DNA of 63,240 nucleotides, the filler included, from Aduncisulcus paluster (Eukaryota), in NCBI GenBank assembly GCA_024181965.1. It is 13 parts of 13 records of this genome, joined end to end, with 100 filler letters (N's around TTAATTAATTAA, not from the genome) between each part and the next. Parts side by side here need not be neighbours in the genome. Positions count along the whole stretch, not along the records: positions 56,015 to 59,343 come from BQXS01011435.1; positions 59,444 to 63,240 come from BQXS01011439.1; 11 more parts are not named here. One strand, written 5' to 3'. Under the pieces are notes generated by a model that had not been told where the DNA came from, made no database searches, and worked only from the letters and a program-made list of their open reading frames with translations. How positions within the stretch are numbered: the first letter of the stretch is position 1; each line of letters starts with the position of its first letter. Below are positions 56,615-63,240 of this stretch, piece by piece. A program made the position numbers and the translations under genes.

Positions 56615-58378
56615 TTAATGAACACAAAATAGCATACCATTGTCATATCTTGCAGTATCATCCTCCCACATTGAACGATTACATTCACACTCGGCAACAT
56701 TGGAGGAAACGGCAATATAACCGTCTTGAACCGAATAATAGACTTCTTCCTCCTTGGTTAAACACATATTCATGTACCCAACAGCAATACTGGTGAACCA
56801 AGACCACCCACCATTGAAATAGTTGCTGAGAAATGGTGCTAAATATAGAGTTGATGCTATATTTAGAATTACTTCCCACTTTGAGAGATCGTTATCACTG
56901 GAATAAGGTGATGAGGTTGAGAAAATACTATTAATAGAAGATTTCTGCTTGGAGGAATAAACGATTGAATCAAACCCTTCGAACCCTTGGACAATATTGA
57001 GAAAAGCATGGTCTGAAATCACTAAACCTTTGAAAGTAACGGTAGTCAAGAATTCTTTTGAAAATACATCAGTGCCATTCGAGTCAACGCCTCTGATTCG
57101 GATAAATAAATCGGTGTAGGTCATGCTAAATCCGTCACAGAAAATGGTTGGGAGATCGGGAAGGACTGGATCATAATCAGGATCAACAAAGAGCCAATCC
57201 ACCTCGATATCACATCCATCACACAACAAAAGCTCGGGAATCTGCATTGATTCATACGTGTCAGCTTCAAAGAAAGGCGATAACGAAGACAATCCTTCAG
57301 TATCTGCGGTGCACCCGTAACGACCTTCAACACAGGATAATTTGTATTTTGTTCCAGTGAAGCCACCTGAAGAATTCCAATAGCTTCGATTTGTCACCGC
57401 TTGGGTGAACCAGGCGCTGTGAATCAGTATAGGTGAAAGGAAATAGGTAAAATCGGTATTTGTGAGCACTTCTGGAAAAGTGGGATACCACCCAGGGTCA
57501 TAATTGGCCATTAATGGGTCTAAATTGAGGTTAGAATCATCAAATGAGTCATCCACACGGATAGAATACCCACTATAGTAAGGAGCTGTGATATAACTAT
57601 CTGATATGACAAATCCAGGTGAGCCAGACATGACAAAATAGGTAATATCTGGCCAGTGTGTATAGTGAGAAGCACCACCTGAGTGATCAAGCTGCTCGTT
57701 AACGGCTATAGTGAACTGTTGAGACAATAGCGAGGTGAACCAAGGAACAAGAGTGGATTCAAGCACATAAGTGAGAGATTGAATAAGAGGATTAACGTCC
57801 CCAACAAATACTATTTGGAAAAACCCAATTGATAATTTTAATGTGTCAAGTTGAGGAATATCATCATATCCACAAGAATTGTCACCACAGGATTGGTCAG
57901 TTGAATCTGCCTTTATATCAACAGAGAACGTTGCAAAGACAGAAACATCTTCAAGAGTCAAGGTAATCCCTCCAGAATATTGAGAATAGGGGTAAGTCAA
58001 CAGTTTAATACAATAATCGGCAGAAATCACAAATCCACCTCCATCAAGAGTAACACTGACATCTTTTCCTGCTAAAAATGATATATATGTTTGATTGTCG
58101 TCAAAAAACGTAAAAGATTCGATATCAATATCGTTTAATTCAAATGATCCCTCGGCTATTCCCAAAGAAATATCAAAACTCACATCAGGAATATCAATTG
58201 AATTGACTATTTCAACAATAAAAGGTTCTAGACCAACTGAAATCAAATTATAGAGCCCAGACTTGGTTATTACAAATTCTAAATCACTAGTCGGTAAATC
58301 AATCTCATTAAAGACAAAAATGAAAAGGGAATAAACAATAAATAAAGAAAAAAATAATTTTAATCGAAAAGTCTTCAT
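56615..58378 (-). CDS. Secreted BPI/LBP/CETP (TULIP)-like lipid-binding protein
   Basis: Signal-like MKTFRLKLFFSLFIVYSLFIFVF, then FVITKSGLYNL...IVNSIDIPDVSF...GSFELNDIDIESF, the typical start of a BPI N-terminal domain. Confidence 0.65.
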   Translation of the reverse strand: MKTFRLKLFFSLFIVYSLFIFVFNEIDLPTSDLEFVITKSGLYNLISVGLEPFIVEIVNSIDIPDVSFDISLGIAEGSFELNDIDIESFTFFDDNQTYISFLAGKDVSVTLDGGGFVISADYCIKLLTYPYSQYSGGITLTLEDVSVFATFSVDIKADSTDQSCGDNSCGYDDIPQLDTLKLSIGFFQIVFVGDVNPLIQSLTYVLESTLVPWFTSLLSQQFTIAVNEQLDHSGGASHYTHWPDITYFVMSGSPGFVISDSYITAPYYSGYSIRVDDSFDDSNLNLDPLMANYDPGWYPTFPEVLTNTDFTYFLSPILIHSAWFTQAVTNRSYWNSSGGFTGTKYKLSCVEGRYGCTADTEGLSSLSPFFEADTYESMQIPELLLCDGCDIEVDWLFVDPDYDPVLPDLPTIFCDGFSMTYTDLFIRIRGVDSNGTDVFSKEFLTTVTFKGLVISDHAFLNIVQGFEGFDSIVYSSKQKSSINSIFSTSSPYSSDNDLSKWEVILNIASTLYLAPFLSNYFNGGWSWFTSIAVGYMNMCLTKEEEVYYSVQDGYIAVSSNVAECECNRSMWEDDTARYDNGMLFCVH

Positions 58379-58860
58379 GGTGATCGAAATACAGCGAAGA
58401 AAACGTCTCAGTTCAAAATCGACACTGTTCTTGACTTGATCAATGAGCATTTATTTTAAATCTCGCAAATTAAACCAAAATTTTACCGAATTGAATGTTG
58501 AGTCAACATATTTATTTTACGTTTCGTCGAGTATTGCACAAAGCTTCTATCATTAAAAATTTAGCGAGAACCTGTTACGTCCTATCATAGAATGAAATGA
58601 TTTCAACTGAGTCTGTCGATTATCGTGAAGGTGATCTCCGATCTAAATTCCTTCCTTGGAGCCGCTCAATTTGTTTCAAACGAGAATATCGCTGTTCAAA
58701 AAGGCCATCTCAGATGACAAGGCTTGTCAAAAAACAGGCATATTAAATTTCCAAAATAGCACTCTAACAATGGTAATAGTAAGGGATAATATTATATTAT
58801 ATTTTCATTCTTTCTCAGTCTCTAAGAATAAGATCGAATTTGCGGAGGAAACTCAACCTT

Positions 58861-59343
58861 TCATTTAGGTTTAAACCGACTCAGAACATGTTCATCTTTC
58901 CCTTTGCTCGCCGATTTTTTTCTGTTTCTCTCCGATTGTGCCTTATATACTTCTTTTTTGCGTTCCATTCTCATTTCTTCTCTTCTAACGTGTTGCTTGC
59001 TTGCAAATCCTTTCTTGGCTCGAGTCTTTGTTCTATTTTCGAATCTTTCCATTCTTTTTTGATGCTTTTCTTCCATTTGTTCTTCCTTTATATTTTCCAG
59101 TTCCTTTCTTACCAAACTAACCTCACTTCTTGTCGTAGCTCTAAGACCGAACCTTTCCCCGCCTCCAACGTCTGCCCTAACGCCAAGTCCACTCATTTTG
59201 ATCATGTCAGGCTTCAATTTCTCAAGTAAAGATTTAACTTCGCATTCTTGGAATTGTTTCTTGTCCATGTGTGGATTGTAGAAAAATGAATCATATAATG
59301 GATCACTAACATTAGGAACGGGGATGCAGCGAATCCCTCCGTC
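58861..59343 (-). CDS. Basic K/R/E-rich C-terminal fragment of an unknown protein (5'-partial)
   Basis: The frame stays open from the contig end (DGGIRCIPVPNVSDPLYDSFFYNPH-MDKKQ...) to the stop at 58861. Confidence 0.45.
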   Translation of the reverse strand, partial: DGGIRCIPVPNVSDPLYDSFFYNPHMDKKQFQECEVKSLLEKLKPDMIKMSGLGVRADVGGGERFGLRATTRSEVSLVRKELENIKEEQMEEKHQKRMERFENRTKTRAKKGFASKQHVRREEMRMERKKEVYKAQSERNRKKSASKGKDEHVLSRFKPK

Positions 59344-59443
59344 NNNNNNNNNNNNNNNNNNNNNNNNNNNNNNNNNNNNNNNNNNNNTTAATTAATTAAN
59401 NNNNNNNNNNNNNNNNNNNNNNNNNNNNNNNNNNNNNNNNNNN

Positions 59444-62306
59444 TGCTTCGTGCAAGGGATTCAATTGCTCCTTGAATGATTTTTGTACCTTGATCAACGT
59501 CTCCTTCTTCCTCAAGTTCTTTCTTCAACGCTTTTTCTGTCACTAATTGCCGTGATAAGCTGAGTAGATCTATTTTAGATTCTAAAACATCAGAAATGAT
59601 ATCTTCACTCAATTCTCTTCGTAGAATCTTATCACTTCTATCCTCAATGGTTGTAGTCGCAGTTTCTTTGATTGAAATGAACTGACAGCTTTTAGTGTCT
59701 TCCATAATATCATCATCGTACATGTCATAACGTTTCAACATTTCATTTCGCCCAAGAGTCTTGCAGACGAATTGAAAGTTATGATTAGTACTAAAAAATG
59801 TTTTTGCTTCCCCTGACATTGCCCTCCTATGACAACAAGGCATTCCAACACAGTGTGTTTTGACATCATGACACTCTTCGGCAAGTATTTTACCCATATA
59901 TTGGGAAGGAATCTGCTCATGGAAGTCTTTACCCTTTTTCACATCATTAATGATGTTGTCACACGTCTTTCTCCACCATTTTGATGCAATGTCCAACAGA
60001 AGTTCCACGGTTCTTGATAAAGTGGCTCGGTTGGCTCCAAATTTTTTTATAATCTCTTTCTTTATGGCTGAGTTCGATGTTTCGGCCCTTGAGCTTGCTG
60101 TTTGACCAGCTGTGAATACTTTTGCACGGAAGCAACCTAAAAATTTGGTTCCTTTTGCAGCGATAAGATCTTCTAGATTTGAGATAGCAAGACTTTTCTT
60201 CTTCTTGGAGGATTGTTGTAATGTTTCCGTCCATTTTTCTTCGCTTTTATGGGGATATTTCCTCGCCAGAAGTCTTATCGTATCTTTTAGCGTCACACAA
60301 GAAAACATCAACTCTTTCATAACTAACTTTTCTTGTTTTGACAAGGAAGGACGTCTTGAAAGATGAAAAGAACAAAGAAAGGGATGATCTGTTCTTTCTT
60401 CAAAGAGATCTGTTAGTGTTGGACTTTCGTCGGTAATCACTGAATTGAATCTCTTCCTTTTTCGGCATAGAATATCAATTCCCAAAAGCGCAGCTCTTAG
60501 CTCTTCTTTCCTCTCCCCTTTAGAATTGCAGATAATGAAGCCAATAAGAAGATTATTGCCTGTCGGAGCTACAGTGGTCAATGGATATAGAATCTGTCCA
60601 CTTCTGATGGTGGAATAAGTACCATCCACAAATAGGACTGGAAGCAAGTTGTCATCGATCATCCTTTCGAATTGAACACAAATACATAGGAGGGATTTGA
60701 GGAAGTTGTCCTCATTGTACAACACAAACGTGTGCATTGTCTCAGTTTTGTTTAGAATTGAGATTGTTCTCTCCATCTCTTCTCTCTCATCATCATGATA
60801 TGCTTTGAAACTATCATTATAGAGTCGTGATACTCGTTTCTTGTGTTCATATGACAATGTGGTTTTCAATTCAGCTTCTATTTCTTCAACACATTGATCC
60901 AGTTTCTTGGTTTGTACTTGTTCTTGTATAAGAGATTTGATTTTGGCTGTTCTTAGGCATAAAGAAATATCTTCTTTCTCCTCAATGCAATTCATGTCAA
61001 TGCAACACTGAGGATCGTGATTGTTCTTGCTTTCTCCCACTTTGTATTCACCGTCTCCATTTGAATATAATACCTTTGCAGTGAGTTTAATCCTATATTT
61101 ACAATCTCTACACTGGGTACACAATACAGACCCTGAAATCGAAATTGGCTTTGGTAGTTGTCTACGTTCCTTCGCGTTTACATCAAATCTCCCCTTTGCC
61201 CCTTCATAACTAAATCTCATCCGGAAATTGAGTTGTTTCCTTAAATACTCTGCAAGCCCTTTCCTCGTTGTCTCTATGTGTCCTAAGGTACCTTTGACCT
61301 TCTCTTCCATCGAGTTCCTTATTAAATCAATGTTTATGTCGTCTTTCGGTCTCTTTGACTCGGTTTCAGACTGGAATTTTGTACTACAAAGCCTAGTCGA
61401 CATGATTTTGGAATCACTATGGCCATGGGATGAATGAACATCAATAACACTATCATCATTAGTCGTAATTTCAATCCCATCCCACCCATGATCATCAGAT
61501 GTGGGGATTTCTTTCTTACTAAGAAGTCTAGAAGACTCGGAGGACTCGGAGGTGATATAGTTTGCCGTCGCAATGATCGCATATTTGAAGACGTTTTCCA
61601 TTCTTGTAATCGATGAGTGTATCTTTTTTAAATGCTCTTCGATTTGAGCTGTGGATGATTTTGCTTCAACCGAGAGTTCTGAAGAATATCTCCTTTTTAG
61701 AGATGGTTCTGATTCAATTTCTTGGCAAAATTGGTCCTTTGGAGATTTCGTTATTGGTGAAATGGGTCTATTTAGAACCTCAATTTTTTCCTTGGCTTTT
61801 GGTCGCAAATCATGAGAAATAAAAACGGTTTCACAAAAGAATTGCATCGATGAACTAAGGTTTTCAAGGTAATTCATACCTCCACTAAGGTAATGGTTGA
61901 AGGGGGATAATGGAATCCCATTTGTTCGCAATATAAGTATAACTACCTTATCTGATGTAGGAAATCCAACAATTTCTGCAAGATCAAAAATTTTCCCATT
62001 TATACTTTGAATTATTACAATGGTTTGGCTGAATAATCTAGAAAGTGCCCAAACTTCTGGTGTGCCGGCATATTTGTTTTTTTTGCGGTCGGAAATATAT
62101 ACTTTAAGAGATATTTTTCTAATTTCATCAAAATTATTATAGTAATCTGGATTTCTAATCATTTCCTCATGCACCATGTCTCGGAGCGAATGGAACTTTA
62201 TATGCTGTTGAGTTGCCTTTAAAAAGGCATGATATAAGCAATATCCATCTCCTGGAACGTTTTCAATTGTGATTCCATGATGTTTAGCTAGTTTGTCTTC
62301 ATCCAT
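59444..62306 (-). mobile_element. Mutator (MULE)-like transposase with an N-terminal OTU cysteine protease domain (3'-partial)
   Basis: OTU: VPGDGYCLYHAF, YAGTPEVWALS, NHY. FAR1/WRKY-like: CRDCKYRIK...NNHDPQC. MULE core: LFVDGTYS, YPLTTVAPTGNNLLIGF, VITDESPTL, FLCSFHL, TASSRAETSNSAIK. SWIM-like: GMPCCH. Confidence 0.85.
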
Positions 62307-62599
62307 TATCTATCTTGCGCACCAATCAATAATATTTTTAATAATCATTATTCTCGGATATAAATATGATTAATATACAAAATTATTATAATAAAATCTG
62401 CTTTTATTGGTTATTTTTGTATTTTTTTGAAAGTTTTGTTTTTGCTGGCTTCTTGACCTATTATTTTCATTTTTAATGAAGTTTTAGCCATAAATATACA
62501 AAAGTTATAAAGAATTTAGAGGTTTTATTATGAATTTAATCTATATTCAAGGCGATAACATTTTAACGGTATTTTTGACCGAAATTGGCGATATGAACA

Positions 62600-62779
62600 A
62601 TAGGGGAATTTCCGAATAGGGGGGGTATTTCGAAATAAAAGGGTAATAAACTTTATTAGTTAGGAATAAACTTTATTGGCGACCAATTTCGAAATTGACC
62701 CCCAATTTCGAAATAGCTAGGGAATTAATGAAATTGCGCAGCAATTTTGAAATTGGTCGGCAATAAAGTTTATTGGTGG
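62600..62779. repeat. Inverted-repeat/palindrome cluster, probable transposon terminus
   Basis: 62665-62697 and 62742-62774 are 33-bp inverted repeats with 2 mismatches. AATAAACTTTATT and ATTTCGAAAT units occur several times. Confidence 0.8.
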
Positions 62780-62795
62780 TTTGTACAGCAAATCG

Positions 62796-63240
62796 ATGTC
62801 ATTTAGAGCATCATTGGATTTAGAAAGGGCTTCTCAAGCGATACAAGATGCTGAGATTGTTGATCATATGGATCATTTGATGACACATCCCTTAGAACCC
62901 CAAAGCCGACGCAGCCAACATGGATGTAAGTGTATATACATTCGAGAAGCTTATATGGAAGCAAATGATGAAGATTTTAAGTTCTTTTTTGGCGTTAACC
63001 GTGCAGAATACGGGTACATTGAAGGTAACTGTTCCGATTGCTTTATGCCTTCAAGACGAGGCAGAAGAGCCAAATTGACACCACGAGATTCTCTGTTATG
63101 GTCATTAAGGTGGCTGAGAAGCGGAATTAATATGAAAGAGCTTGCTAAACTAAGCTATGTAAGCTATGTAACGTTTCATCGGGCTATCTGGCAGGCCTTA
63201 GTAATTATGGAGGAACAAATTGTTCCAAAATTATTATTTA
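62796..63240 (+). mobile_element. N-terminus of an ISL2EU/PIF-Harbinger (IS5-related) transposase; runs off the window and is absent from the ORF track
   Basis: Manual translation: ...DEDFKFFFGVNRAEY...RRGRRAKLTPRDSLLWSLRWLRSGINMKELAKLSYVSYVTFHRAIWQAL, which is the HTH pattern that precedes DDE_Tnp_4 domains. Confidence 0.65.

Noticed and set aside
1-63240. Non-standard genetic code (TAA/TAG = Gln, as in hexamitid diplomonads)
   Set aside because: Conserved genes end at TAA or TAG at the expected positions (p28, MCM5, RPS27a, ygeW) and have no in-frame TAR codons.

Overview
Eukaryotic, AT-rich DNA made of 13 short, unrelated contigs joined by an artificial linker (about 44-50 N + TTAATTAATTAA + about 44-50 N). 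Approximate contig spans: 1-8773, 8874-13615, 13716-17659, 17760-21267, 21368-25176, 25277-28310, 28411-31346, 31447-39049, 39150-43986, 44087-47386, 47487-55914, 56014-59343, 59444-63240. Synteny is meaningless across linkers. Three 20-N gaps have about 220-320 bp duplicated on both sides (assembly overlaps). The gene set points to a flagellated protist using the standard code with few short GT-AG introns. From memory, the repeated 'HISIPF..SPMKGAYIC' family suggests a free-living fornicate such as Aduncisulcus (inference, not a search result). Host genes: delta-tubulin, p28/DNALI1, MCM5, ubiquitin-RPS27a, Nop4/RBM28, SET/post-SET protein, IKS1-type kinase, VPS15, DeSI peptidase, BBS4, RIO1 C-terminus, OTU1/YOD1, EH-domain protein, BPI/LBP-like protein. 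Mobile DNA is diverse: an RLE-type non-LTR retrotransposon, a chromodomain Ty3/Gypsy pol, a Gag fragment, and hAT-, CACTA/Plavaka-, Mutator- and ISL2EU/Harbinger-like transposases. Best leads: (1) an intact bacterial-type YgeW knotted carbamoyltransferase on a host contig (candidate lateral transfer, possibly anaerobic purine catabolism); (2) a Mutator transposase fused to an N-terminal OTU protease, back-to-back with a second transposase; (3) a degenerate SAH-hydrolase-like protein; (4) BBS4 bracketed by ~580 bp direct repeats; (5) recurrent templated inverted micro-insertions.
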